Below, in pieces: positions 48,501-60,500 of a stretch of DNA of 64,000 bases. Made by a program: the position numbers and the translations under genes. Source of the DNA: Klebsormidium nitens (taxonomy: Eukaryota > Plantae > Klebsormidiophyceae); contig DF237200.1 in assembly GCA_000708835.1 (NCBI GenBank), forward strand, positions 1 through 64,000, in the 5' to 3' direction. The number at the start of each line of letters is the position of its first letter. Positions within the stretch are counted from its first letter, which is position 1. The notes beneath the pieces were generated by a model. It was not told the origin of the DNA, ran no database searches, and saw nothing but the letters and a program-made list of their open reading frames with translations.

Positions 48501-50834
48501 ATCCAACGGTTTCTCCTTCTCCGCGTCACCCTGCCTCCGCCCCCTGAGTTTCGCCTCTGCTTCAGCGGCGGCCGCGGCCAGGCCCGCCGCATTCCTCGGC
48601 ATTGACACCGACTTTGGGAGTCCCTGCGCTGGCCCCCCCTCCCGCGACCCGCTCCCCGGAGAGAACGAGTTCGCCTTCCTGAGCGTCGGAAGATCGTCCA
48701 CGAAACTCACTCGTCGTGGGGAATCCTTCCGGCCGCCGTTCGGAGACAACCGGCCGCCAGCGGGCCCGAAAACCCCTGGAGGCGATGGTGGCTTTGCAGT
48801 CCCCTGGCCCTCCCTCAGGTCGAGGTCCTTCATTTCTTCCACGAAATCCGTTGGCAGCGAATTGCCGCCCGAAGGCCCGCCGTTGAACCGGCTCGTCGCT
48901 TTAAGAATGGGGGGAAGCGGGGGTTTGGTCGGCGAGTGCGGGCTGCGGGGGCTGGTGGCCTCGCCGCTGCGGGGAGGGAGCACCGACATCGGGCTGGACG
49001 GCGTGCGCCCTTTCGCGGAAGCGCCGCCGCTGTCCAACGACTTGCTCCGCGCGTAGTGCGCCGGCGCGGCCAAGTTCTCCTCCACCGGCTTCTCGGCCAC
49101 ATCCGGGTGGTTCTCGCCAACTTCTTCCACCAGTTTCGCCCCTTCTCCGGGGCTTATTTCGCTCACGCTGCGCTGCATAACCCTGACGTCGGGGTTGCTT
49201 CTCCCCCGGGAACGAACCTCGTCCCCTTCTGGAAGCTCCTCGATGACTGCGGACCCAGGGGGTGACGGCGCGCCCGCCGGCGCAGCCCCCCCCTCCCCGG
49301 GCTGGAATGCATGGACGGGGATGAATCTCGACCAGAAGTTTGGGACCGGCCCCTTACCCGGGGGTTCCCCGGCGCCCCCCTCTGGCATGCTCGACGTTGA
49401 ATGCGCCCTGTCCCGGAAAGCACTCACGATTGGGTGCTTGGCTTTTCCCTCAGGACTCTTGAGCGAACTATCCCCCTGGGAATGCAGCTTCAGATAAGCG
49501 GCCCCCGGGCTGAAACTGTTCCGAGGGGGCAGTCCCTGCTCACTTTTCTTTGGGGCGACCGGTGGGACGGACCCCCCCTGAGAGGTAATCCTCTCCGCAA
49601 TCGCGTCAATCTCAGCCACAATGTCGCCCGGCATTTGCTTCAGGGCCCTGGCCACGTGCGCGGGCGCAACCTGCGGGCCCATGTTAGGCTTCTTCTCGGC
49701 CGCGTTTGCTATTACAGGGCCTTCTGGGGTTGCGTTTGCCCGATGAGAAGCAGCCCCATCATTAGGGTTTGCTGCGCTCTTCTGCTCTGGCAGGCCGGGC
49801 TTTTGGTCCTGCTCTGGCGGGGCAAGCTTTTCCGTGACCTCCTTGCTAGGGGTTTCTGAGGCCTTCTCCGACGGCACTCTCTCTGCTGTGTCCTCGGTCT
49901 CTACCCTTGCATGGCCTTCTTTACCAAGCTTAGAATCCCCATTTTCTCCCCCAACATTCTGCTCGACGCCCGTCTTTTCTACAAAGGCCGTCTCCGCTTT
50001 GCTGGCCACCGCTGCACCTCCAACTTCTTGAGCAGCGTCCTCGCTCACCCCAGAAGCTACCCCATTTTCCACTGGCCGCTTGGCAGCAGACGCACCGCTG
50101 ACGTCAGCTGACCCTTCTGCGGGCTTCCTGCGCAGCAGCCCCCCCGCCAGCTTCGACTTGAACGGATTGAACACCGGCACGAGAGGCCCGGCTTCCTCTT
50201 CCGCAGACGAGTAGTCCTCGCTGCTCGAGCCTTCGGACGCCCCTCCAGAGAGCACCGCTGAGAAATGCACGACGTTTCCCGGCAGCTTCCGCTCTCCACC
50301 TCTACTTTGCTCGCCAGCTTTGGTCTCGCCCTCCATGGGACTGTGCGGCTCCATCCCCACAATATCCGACAACGGAGCAGCTGCATTGCTTACAGGAGCT
50401 CCTGCATGGTTTGGAACGGCTCCGGCGTCTTTTAGAGCTACCCGCCCAGTGTCTTCGGATGAAACCTGCGGCCTCCATGAGTCCACTAGCAGCCCCTTGG
50501 CTGCATTTTTGAGCGAGGGACCGTGGCTTTTGCTGACCTTGGCAGCCGTTCCCCTCCCCATTTCGGCTTCCTGAAGCTCTTCCCCCAACGTATTAACCAG
50601 ATTGCCAGTCACTTCTTTGTTTACCGCTTCCGCCTCTTCACTGTAATTCTCGCCCTGACCGGTCTTTGTTTCCCGGCTCTCAAGCTGGGCCAGACCTTTT
50701 ACCCCCTCTGGGGAGGCCCATTCGACCTTGGGAGCGTCCTCTTCGCTGCCCGACTCTTCGCCCTCTGCCAACCACTGTCTAAAGCGGTCAGGCGCACCCG
50801 TTGGACCAGGTCGCCTGTGTCGGGTCTTCACCAT
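39502..50834 (-). CDS. Large low-complexity/disordered protein with C-terminal coiled coils, unknown function; 11 exons, about 1600 aa
   Basis: Exons 50834-48467, 47506-46762, 46243-46183, 45504-45197, 44755-44558, 44023-43960, 43325-43141, 42790-42721, 41741-41482, 40618-40504 and 39930-39502. All GT-AG, summing to 4803 nt in one frame, with strong GC3 bias. Heptad-like E/Q/K/L-rich segments in exons 3-9. A likely 5' UTR intron ends at 50836. Confidence 0.8.
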
Positions 50835-52780
50835 TCTGGAAACACCTCAGGAACTCGTCACCCGCTCCAGAAATGCAGCTGCATGCCATGCTCCTGTCAA
50901 AAGGGGTCGGATGCAACATATTGAAAGATGAGGCAAGCTTCCTTGAAGAACCCGCCCCCGCTGCCTCCAGCTTCCTGTTTGTATCAGCCACATGAGCTGC
51001 AAAATGCAGCTCCAGGAAGAAAGCAAGGCTTGTTCATTCAACAATTTCAAGTTGGGACAGTTGACTCCGAGAAAGCACATGGCGCCAACTTATCCACTTT
51101 TGGTCGTTTGTGTCAGAGTACCTCTAAAGGGTTTACCCGCAATTTACGGTATCTGCCCGGTGGGATCGAGTCAGGGTGAGATGCTCCAACCGGGGGCTCA
51201 GAAGCCGTGCTCGCATGGTAACGTATACGGGCTTACAAGCCAAGATAACCCGGTGCATACAATCGGGATACCTAGTACAGTTACCAGTACCCCGGGAAGA
51301 AGCTTTGAGGAAAGTCTTCCGTGCCAAGTGGACGACGCAGAAATTCCGATTGCCCAGGCGGATATTTCTCGGGGTCCTCATCGGACGGCTGAAATGGTCA
51401 GTCGCTGCCAACAACACACAGCCCCTAGTTGGAAATCTATACCGCGCGCTCGCGCATGCGCTGTATATCGTACCGTTGACGATTCGGTCCATACCGGGAC
51501 TGTTACCGACAAATCTGGAAATCTGAACATTTAGCCCCAGTAGAGCAGGCTCAGAACCCGGCTGCGGCTGCAATGCACAGGCCCGCTTCGGCGGCAGCGC
51601 TCTCGAGGCCGAGTGTAGCGCTCATGCAATGATTGCCTGCAGCACACTTCGATCAATCAAGCGGCGTGCTGGACTACCGTATTCTTCTATGATAGGTATT
51701 AGGTAGCAACCGGACCTTCCGCTTGGAGGCTACGCCCAAAGAAGTCGAATCAGCAGGTCGCCCATGGCCCTGGGCTCGCCCTGGGTAACCGATTATGGGA
51801 TTAAATTGGCGTTGCCTAGCCAGGCTACGAAGTTGCGCCCAATGTTTGTTCCAACCTAGAGGTCTGTTGTTTGTTAGAGTGATCATCGGTTATCAAATTC
51901 AATGCCGCATCTATACCTTATATTAGGCCATGACGACACCTCGAAATCGATTCATCACGTACTCTGATGGCAGATTGACCGCGATTGAAGTTGCGTGGCG
52001 GCCACCAATTGTTCGGCAGCGCGGCCACCAGCCTGGCATGCACCATCACCATGATGACCAGCAGGTCTTTGGGGACTAACCCACGCAGGATCCCGCGGCA
52101 TACACGGCGTATGGTATAAACTTGAAAGCAATGTTCCATCATTAACCAGCGGTCGAACATATTGTCCTATGATGCACACAACGCACGATCATTTTCGTGT
52201 GCTACCCTTTTATGCTGTGAGAAGCCGGCCGGAAGTTGGAAGCGTGAGGCCATGCATACATGCACCACGTACTCGCTACGAAGTCTACGGGAAACAGGAT
52301 TGTAACATGCCATGCCGCTCTCAAATCAATCCACCGTCAGCCATGACCATTTAATTCGGGAAATATTGCAGATCATGATATGTGACACAGACGCTCAATC
52401 GCTCTAGTTGACATACGCATGCGACCCACATGCGTATGCTTTTGAGAGAGCTCTCTACTCTTTACCGTGAACGCTGCGAGATCGAGTGGCACGTTGAAGT
52501 TGCTCGATCTGAGGCCGGGCCGTTCAAGTTTCCAAGAACAGCAATCCGAGTCGAGAAAGGCAACGCCGCTATTCCAGATTCAGGGCTGAGACAGCCAGTT
52601 GATCACAACCGAGGAGCTGGCATGGGAAATGCCGCGGGGGTCTCAGCAATCAATTGTTCACAACACCGCCTTGGATAGAGTCTAGCTCGCCGACTAGGAC
52701 AACTATCTCAGTGGATATCATCACACTATATTTCTTCTTACTGCGCCAAAATTTTAACTTCTTCATTGTCAAGTTTGCAA

Positions 52781-55700
52781 CTAGCTAGTCACCTGTGACT
52801 CGCTGCTAAGGAACGATAGATGGAAGCACAGCGCGATAATGACGGAAAGCTTCGTGAGCAAAGAGAAGAAACCCGACAATTTGTACCTACCTAACAAAGA
52901 ATTCTTGAAACCCGGTTGATCCTTCTCAACCATATGATTGCCAGACTTCTTCTGTTTCTTGTTCCGCTTCTTCGACGAAGGGCTGCTGCTCCCGTCGGGC
53001 GCTTCCGATTGTGATGCTGGTGAATTTGATGACGCACCCAACTATACGAAAGCACAGAAGCAGCTAAGAGAACGAGCGCAACGAGACAGGAACCAGTATC
53101 ATCAGCACTGAGATGCTTTCAGAAGATTGCATGCCAGTGGTTCTTGCGTTCAATCGGCTCGAAGGTTAAAGTTTGCCCACTTTTCAAATCACAAAATCTC
53201 TCATCAACGCCAAATGCACAATCATGAAGCAGGTTGCGCCGATGTGCGCCAGCTACTTGCCTCTTTCCGTAAGGAACGGCGATCCCAAATCAGTCGAACC
53301 AGGCTGTCGACGGCCGTTCCTATCAGGACTTGTACCTCGCTCTGTTCCCTAGCTCCACTCTTCGTCCACGGATACAAGGACAGGAACGTCGTCAACGCAA
53401 TCGTCGAGCAAACGGCCTCGACCTGTAGACGAGACCATGGGAAGAGATGGATGAGACCGGCGGATCACAGGATTATGTTGGGTCGGAGCTCAATCGTTAA
53501 GCTCAGGTTGAGACTAGACTTGGGAGGCGAAATACGAACGCTCCACGACACAAGCGGACACGCGCAACGAACTGGCCGTTGTCAAGCCTGGTTCACAACG
53601 CGCCTGAAGGTCACAATTAGCCGTCTTCGCTGACGATCTGAGTTGTGGACATGATGATTTCAAGTCTCAAATAGTCACCATGAAGGAACATATTCTTTAG
53701 CATTCTGTGATTGAGCTCGCAACTTGGAGATGGACGAAACGAGAGCGGCTATCAACAACCGTCGTCCAGAAGCGTCGCCCAGGAGGTACAATCGGAAGAC
53801 CCGTCCCTTCTGAGAAGAAGCCGTGTTCATGTTCCGCAACCTCCAGATTCAAAGGTCAAGCACTGAATCGAATAAGAAGCGCGCACAGGCGAACGGTTGA
53901 GACGGGGTCCGATCTAGGTCTCACCCATGCAGACGTGCGCCGCCGATCTCCGCTGAGAGCACTCTGCTTCTGTCCGAGTAGCCAGGAGCAGCCCGTCCGG
54001 AGCAACCAAAGGGCCACTCCCAGGTGCACCACAACCGCAGCGAGATGGACGACTCTCAGCACCGTTCCCAGGCCCCTGCTAACCTTCGACGGCTGTGAGC
54101 TGTCTGTGTGAATGAGGCCCAGGGACACTTGAAATTTCCGGACTGCCTGGTCGAAGAGTCTCTTCACACCCGTCCAGAGCTTACTGACAAATAGCAATGC
54201 GCCTTTCGGAGAAGAACCGTGGTCCATACGAATGCCGAGCTTCTCTTCGACCGAGTTCTCTGTGTGTTCGGAATCAACGTGTGCTTGACTGGCGTCTAAA
54301 AGGCCGCTCAAGTCTGGGAGGGGGTTGTGCTGCTTGGGGGCCCAGACGCCTTCAGCCAAGATGCTGATCGCCTCAGGTTCTGGCCACGTGGTACTCCTGG
54401 AATCAAAGCAATCGTTCAGGTTCATGTTTGTGCAAGAGCAGAATGAAAACGGAAGAAGCTTTAACAAGACCGAACGAGATTTGCCAATCCAAGTTTATTG
54501 CAACTTGCACTGGCAAGGACACCCTGATCCATCAGTTCATGCTTTAATTTCCAAAAGTCTTTGCGACGTACAAATCTGGCAACAACTTCTGTGATCGTGC
54601 AGTACTTTGCTGAGCAAGTCGTACATAGCCAAAAGTACAAATCTGAACGCCTGTACGATGCCAGCTGAGCAACAGATTTTTCAGCCCCCTTTCATTGCCT
54701 CCACTAGGAAATGGGGATATCAAATACAATTTAAATGGACATATCTGCACAAAAAGCATCTTGGTAAGTACTCACTCTCTGATGTGAGCAGTTACAGCCT
54801 CGAGCTTCTCTCTCAGTCCCTGTGCGGCGACCCTGGCTTTCTCGACCCCAGGTTTGACCTGCTCTTTGACCGTCTCTACCGCTCTCCCCACAGATTCCAA
54901 CAGAGACTGCCCAACTTTCTCGGTCCCCTTCTTAAGCTGTTGCGGTGCTTTCGAGGCTGCATCTAGGGCGGGTTCTCCTGCGTCAAGCGCTTGTGCCCCT
55001 GCGTCAAAAGTCTTCTCCAAAGCTTGGCCAGCAGCACTCTTGGTCGATTGCAGTCCTGCAGTGTAAAAGATATCTGAATCAGCAATGTTGGTAAGGCTCA
55101 AGGCAAGGCGGCACACCTCACATCTTTGGCAAGAAGTCCGAGACAGATGGAATTAAGCAATCACCACATTGACTGGTGTCCTCTCCAGAATGACACTCAG
55201 CTGCACATAGCAGAATGATTTCTTGGATAATCTTTCTTCCCAGCTGTCCATGTACTGCTTCCTCAAATATGTTTTTCTGGCCAAACTGAATTTTACCACT
55301 TCTTAGATGACGTGTCCATTGTTTACTGTGACAGTAGTGACTCACAAAACAACACGGCAGCACAGATGATCACCTGATGATGCAGCCTGCTCCAGGTCCT
55401 TGACAGAAGCTGACGCAGACTCTTTGGAGGCGTCAAGAGAAGCCTCTCCAGTCTCCACCACCTTTTTGGCTCCTCCTTTCACATGTTGCTTGGCAGCATC
55501 AGCTATATTGTGGCTCCCCTCTGTCATTTTCTCCGCAGCATTTTCCAAGCCAGCCTTCACTTCTTGTATCCTGTTTCCGCCTGCTGACACCTGATTGTCC
55601 ACCGCATCTATCAAAGAATCTCTAAAGTCCCCAACTTGCTGAGCCCTTGTCTCAAGTTCAGACCCTTCCATCTTGCCGCTTTCTTTGCTGACATCAGCGG

Positions 55701-55863
55701 CGAACTGTTTGGAGGGCTGTGCAAGGTGCTCTACATTGTTGATGATGCTGTGCGGTGGTGAGGGCCCTTCGCTCTGATCAAGCAGAGGGTATGGAGAGAA
55801 GACCAGTGCAGCCGCTAGGAAGGCCATGGAAACAGTGAAGCGCGTTGCTAACTGCGACAACAT
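52781..55863 (-). CDS. LEA-domain protein with C-terminal DUF4149/TMEM205-like membrane domain; 5 exons, about 554 aa
   Basis: Exons 55863-55374, 55055-54776, 54396-53925, 53422-53261 and 53041-52781. Signal-like N-terminus (FLAAALVFSP) and an A/K/E-rich LEA middle. VLRVVHLAAVVVHLGVALW, CSTIALTTFLSLYPW..EQSEVQVL and FSLLTKLSVIIALCFHLSFL follow the helix order of plant LEA-DUF4149 proteins as I recall them. Confidence 0.7.
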
Positions 55864-56359
55864 GGCTACTGCGACTCAAAAATACACAAGGAACAACCAC
55901 CAAGGGGCAATGCAAGCAGTAAAGCTGTTGTGCTCCACAAAAACTTACAAAAGTCTTGGTCACAATCCACCCTCAACAAGCTAAGTGGTTCAACTCCAAA
56001 TGCAGGATTCTACAAAACATATTGCCCCAGTTGAGCATTTGCCCTGGTCCGCCAAACTGCACTGCGCATTTGGTCCTGCTTTTCCACCCACCACCCACCC
56101 TTGCCGTCGTGAAAGCAAAGACTATGAGGATGTCATGAAGTGCACCACTACCAGCTATGCCCCAAAGGCAGCTTCTTCGCTGCTTTTCCACTGTGCGCAC
56201 CGGCAATGAGAGGATTGGCGCTCCGCTCCGCTTGCACGACCTCCTTTCCGCAGCGCACCCTCTCCAGTTGCGCGTGACATCAGCAAGCTGAGGAAAGTTG
56301 TTTCGTCGTTTGTGGCAGCGACACTTGTCAGCATGCGAAAGCCGGAAACTCTTAGCTGC

Positions 56360-57077
56360 TGACGTGTTACATAGATTGGAAAGGCCTTGTGACAAGCTTA
56401 AACCACCAACCCGGGGTTTAAATACTCCTGGTAACCAGGAAAGATCATACCGTAGTGGCACGACCCATTCGCACCAAAAATATTTCGTAAGGCCTTGGTG
56501 CAAAAAATGGAAATAAACCCAAATGAAGCTCGAAATCGCGCAGAAGTAGGCTAAAACACTGTAAATCTGCCCTTGTGCGAAAAGAAAATATCCCCCCAAA
56601 CCTTGGTGCGAAATCAGAAAAGGGAAGAAAATAATTTTCGTAAGAGCTTGGTGCGAATGGGTCGTGCCACTACGGTAATCAAGTTCGCAACTTGAAATTC
56701 GCGACGGGCGCACACTGGGCGCACACATACAAGCAGGTACCCTTGCCCACGTCAATACAAGCCGTTTCTCCTTGTTTTGAGCGGCGGTTTCGACATGGCC
56801 TTTCCGATGCAACTGAAACAGAGCTTTAGAAAGTGAAACCGCCGAAAACAGTGAAGTAATGCTCTCATTTTCTGCTTGTATATGCTCAAAAATGAACGAC
56901 TTGGAAGCAAGCGCCTTCGGACCGAAATTTGAATTTCGGTGGCCGTTGGCAAGAATGCCAGCCGGTTTGCCCCGAGATATACCCCGGGTGGTGGTTTAAT
57001 TAGGAGTCTAGGCACATTGCTGCTTGCTGTAATCAATATTACCTTTTGAAACAGGGCCCCTTAAAGGAGTGCCACGT
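56360..57077. promoter_or_regulatory. ABRE/G-box-like ACGT elements in the shared LEA upstream region
   Basis: TGACGTGTT at 56360-56368, CCCACGTCA at 56746-56754 and GCCACGT (ACGTGGC on the minus strand) at 57071-57077. These are short motifs and could be chance matches. Confidence 0.3.
56450..56675. mobile_element. MITE, Tc1/mariner-like (226 bp, perfect 28-bp TIRs, TA target-site duplication)
   Basis: CCGTAGTGGCACGACCCATTCGCACCAA (56450-56477) and its exact reverse complement (56648-56675). TA on both sides (56448-49 and 56676-77). Internal CCTTG(G)TGC repeats at 56493, 56571 and 56601. Confidence 0.85.
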
Positions 57078-57552
57078 TGGCAGCTCAAATGCGGTTTTCA
57101 AGCAATGACTTGTCACAGTTCAGTCTATAATCGCGAGTTGAGCATCCCCTCCGACTCTGAGCTCTTCATGTGTTCAAGCTTTGAGGTTGAAGTTGAAAGT
57201 TAAAGTTAGCTTGAGCTTTGCGGAACGCTGCATGTTGCAGAGCCAAAGGTTTATTGCCAAGGTGTTCAAGGAAGTTCGAGCATGTGGAAGAATACCAATC
57301 ACAGTAATGTCTCTCTCTCTCACGAATTCTTGCTTATGGTTGCTAGCCTTTTCTAGGCGGCATTGAACAGCTTTGTTGCCAGAAGGTCAACAAGCTCCGC
57401 TGGGAGGAAATGTTTTCGGTCAACTCACTTGCAGCAGAACTACCAAGTGAGAAGCAAGGGAAATTGTAGGGTTCAAAGTCCTGTTCCATTAGAAGTAACA
57501 AGGATTGCAGCGGGTGGAGAGTATAAATCGATTTTGTGACAATAGCAACACA

Positions 57553-60500
57553 ATGGTGCTCGCTTCCGTGGCCGCTCGCGTCGCTGTCCTCCTAGCCATC
57601 CTGGCTGGAGCAGTTGTTTTCACCCCACGACCAACCGTGAAGGAGCCAGAGCCAGAGATTCTCAGCTCAAGCCTTGAATACCTCTATGAAAGGTGAGGAA
57701 TGACCTGAGCAAAGAATCGCTGCTGACATTGCTGATTCTGTTCGTGGAATGGCGCTCCTGGCGCTCCTCAGCTGATTTGCATGCAGAACCAAAACAAGTA
57801 AGAGTCCTCGATGATCCATACCAACAACGAACTTAGAAGCGTGTTGATTGCAAGCTGATTGTGATCACTGGATCCATCATCAGTTTCAAGGGATGCTTGA
57901 TTGAGAGAGGAGATCATGCACGAATGGTGGATGACTGCCGGGTTGTAATTTGAGTGGCAGTTGGCGGCTTCAACATGTGTCACCAAACGGAAACAGCCAA
58001 AGCCTGCAGGTTCATCACTGTCTATACTTGGTACTACATTGACTGTCGTCCTTTCCACCACCAGTTTCTTTGGCTGACTGCAAACCAGACCTGTCGTTGA
58101 ACAACCTGCAGATTGCCTATAGATTGCCTATGGATTGCCTATTGAATGGAATTAGGCACTGGATGTCATTGCCGAAAGGACAATGACATCCACTTTTCCA
58201 TCTGGAAGCCAATCGGCACGCCGGCACGAAGCTTGGTAGAGGAGTGAAGTTGGACTTTGCTAGCAAGACCTCACTTAGCAGTCCTTTCCATCTTTACACA
58301 CGTAAAGTGATGCAAGTGACGTCTTTTATGTTGGCGTTTGTAGAACCGTCTTTGTTAAAAGCTCTGAGCAACTGTCTGTATTGCAGGATTGGTATCGAGG
58401 AGCCTTCTGATGTGACCGGCAGGATGAGGGACACTGCTGCATCTTACTACGACTCTGCCAAGGAGGCTGTGGGAGACAGCGCTGACTCGCTGGGCGGGAC
58501 AGCAGGCCAGGCGGAGGGGTATGCCAGCAAAGGTTACGAGAAGTTAAAGCGCGGAGCTGCCTCTGGCCTTGAGGTAAGATGGTCATTGAAACTTTCGAAT
58601 CTGCAATCTGCAAATCAAAGACTCCACCCTAGCTTGAGGCTTTTATTGGCTCTCTCTTTGGAGTGCTGCAAAGAACAATCAGACAACGTTTTAGAATATG
58701 CAAAGTTGCTTGATGCTCAGGGGTCAACAAGGAGTGCTGCAAAGAACAATCAGACAACGTTTTAGAATATGCAAAGTTGCTTGATGCTCAGGGGTCAACA
58801 AGTTTCTCAATCATGAAATGCTGTGTCCGTTTATGATTGATTTACAGAGAGTGCTGCTGAATCCTTCTCAAGGGCACATTTTGATTGATACGTTGTATAT
58901 TAAGGAACCTTTTCATGCAAGTGCCTATTTTTTGCAATGTCGCTGTTGTTGCATCATCCTTCTTGTGCCTTCTTTCTCGAGCTTTGTTCCTCTACCCTAC
59001 ATGGAAAACGCATTGCAAATGTCAAAGAAAGCTTAACAGTATGTATCTTCCACCCCCACTTGAGTGCCAGGTGTGTAGCAACTTCAAGAGAACGTAGTGT
59101 CTATATTGTGCTGTTTGACAACCAGACAGCCAATCACATGGAACCATTTCGATGGTTCCAGTCAATGACAGATAGGGCGTTCCTTGCCCCTTACTGATCA
59201 AACATCACTTTGTACATGTGCAGTCTGCCACTGAAGCCACCCAGGGAGCCTATGGCGCCGCCAAAGAGGGCTTCGACCAGGGCATGCAGCGTGCAAGCGG
59301 GGAGGCGCACGACTCCGAGGCTCGCCGGCGCGCCGCCGAGGGGCAGGCTTATCTTCAGAGCATCTATGGTGGCAGCATGGAGGTGGCAGAGCAGACTGGC
59401 CACCGGCTGAAGGAGCAAGCAAGGGAAGAGGTCCAGAACGCCGCTAGGAAGGGGTATGATATCACGAAGGGCGCCGCAGGCTACGTGAAAGACGCTGCTC
59501 AGTATGCTGGCGCTAAGGGCGGGGAGGCGATGGACGTGGCTCGCGAGCAGGCGGAGCAAGTGAAGGAGACCGGCAAGGAAGGGGCGCACAAGGCGCACGG
59601 GGTTTACGAGGCTGCGAAGGGAGGCGTGCATGAGGTGATCGAGAAGGTCGGCGATGCATACCACCGCGCGGTCCTGGTGGCAGAGGCCGCAGTGCACCAG
59701 GCACAGCATGCGTACGAGGAGGCGGAGCACAAGCTCGCGCAGGCGCGCCACCTGGCGGCCGAAGCGGCGAAGAAGACGAAGCATGGCGCGGAGGTTGGCG
59801 CCGAAGATGTCAAGATTGGCTATGAGCGTTCAGTGGAGGCGGCGCGCTTGGCAGCGGAGAAAGCAAAGACGGCGTATGAGAGGGCGGTGGAGAACCTGGA
59901 GAGCGCAAGGAAGAAGGCTGGGGAGATGTACGAGGTGGCAGGGGACAAGGGCGCAGCATATTACCACTACCTCAAGGGGCTGGCTGCCAGGACTCAAGAA
60001 GGTCTCAGGTAGGGGTTTTTGGGTGGATCGTTGTAGAAGGTTCCGTGTGAACTCTAGTTACAAGATTCAATTAGTGGTTCTTTTTTTTCCGGTAAGAACT
60101 AAGGACAACGGATCTATCACGTCATCTGCACTTTATTTCTTGCGACGAACTTCTGGCAAAAGTTCAGATGTGCAGTCCGCTTCATTGACTAGTCGCCCTG
60201 TGTATTGAACCTAGATGAAGTGTCACCAGAAGAGATTCACAAAAACGATGCAGAATAAGTAGTGACGACTTTCGCTTACCAGAACTCATATGATTCAAAA
60301 ACAGACCAGGCTATAGAACGACCCTTAACCGGAAAAGCGAAGACGTTTTGACGTTTTTGGTTATTTTGTTTCGAGGTATTTGCTGTCAGAAAAGCATCTT
60401 TGCTCGAACTTTGCAGTCACGCCAAGGACGTCGCTGCCGAGAAGCTCACCGAAGCCAAAGACTACGTTTACGACACCAAGGCTCATGTCACGGGTGATGT

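Noticed and set aside
50992-51573. ORFs of 180, 146 and 116 aa upstream of the 1600-aa gene
   Set aside because: No recognisable domain. The region is better explained as the 5' UTR exon and intron of the minus-strand gene, with an acceptor one base before its ATG.
53700-53810. Extra exon (KGRVFRLYLL...) in the LEA-DUF4149 gene
   Set aside because: No phase-compatible donor found. Direct splicing from 53925 to 53422 keeps the frame and motif order.
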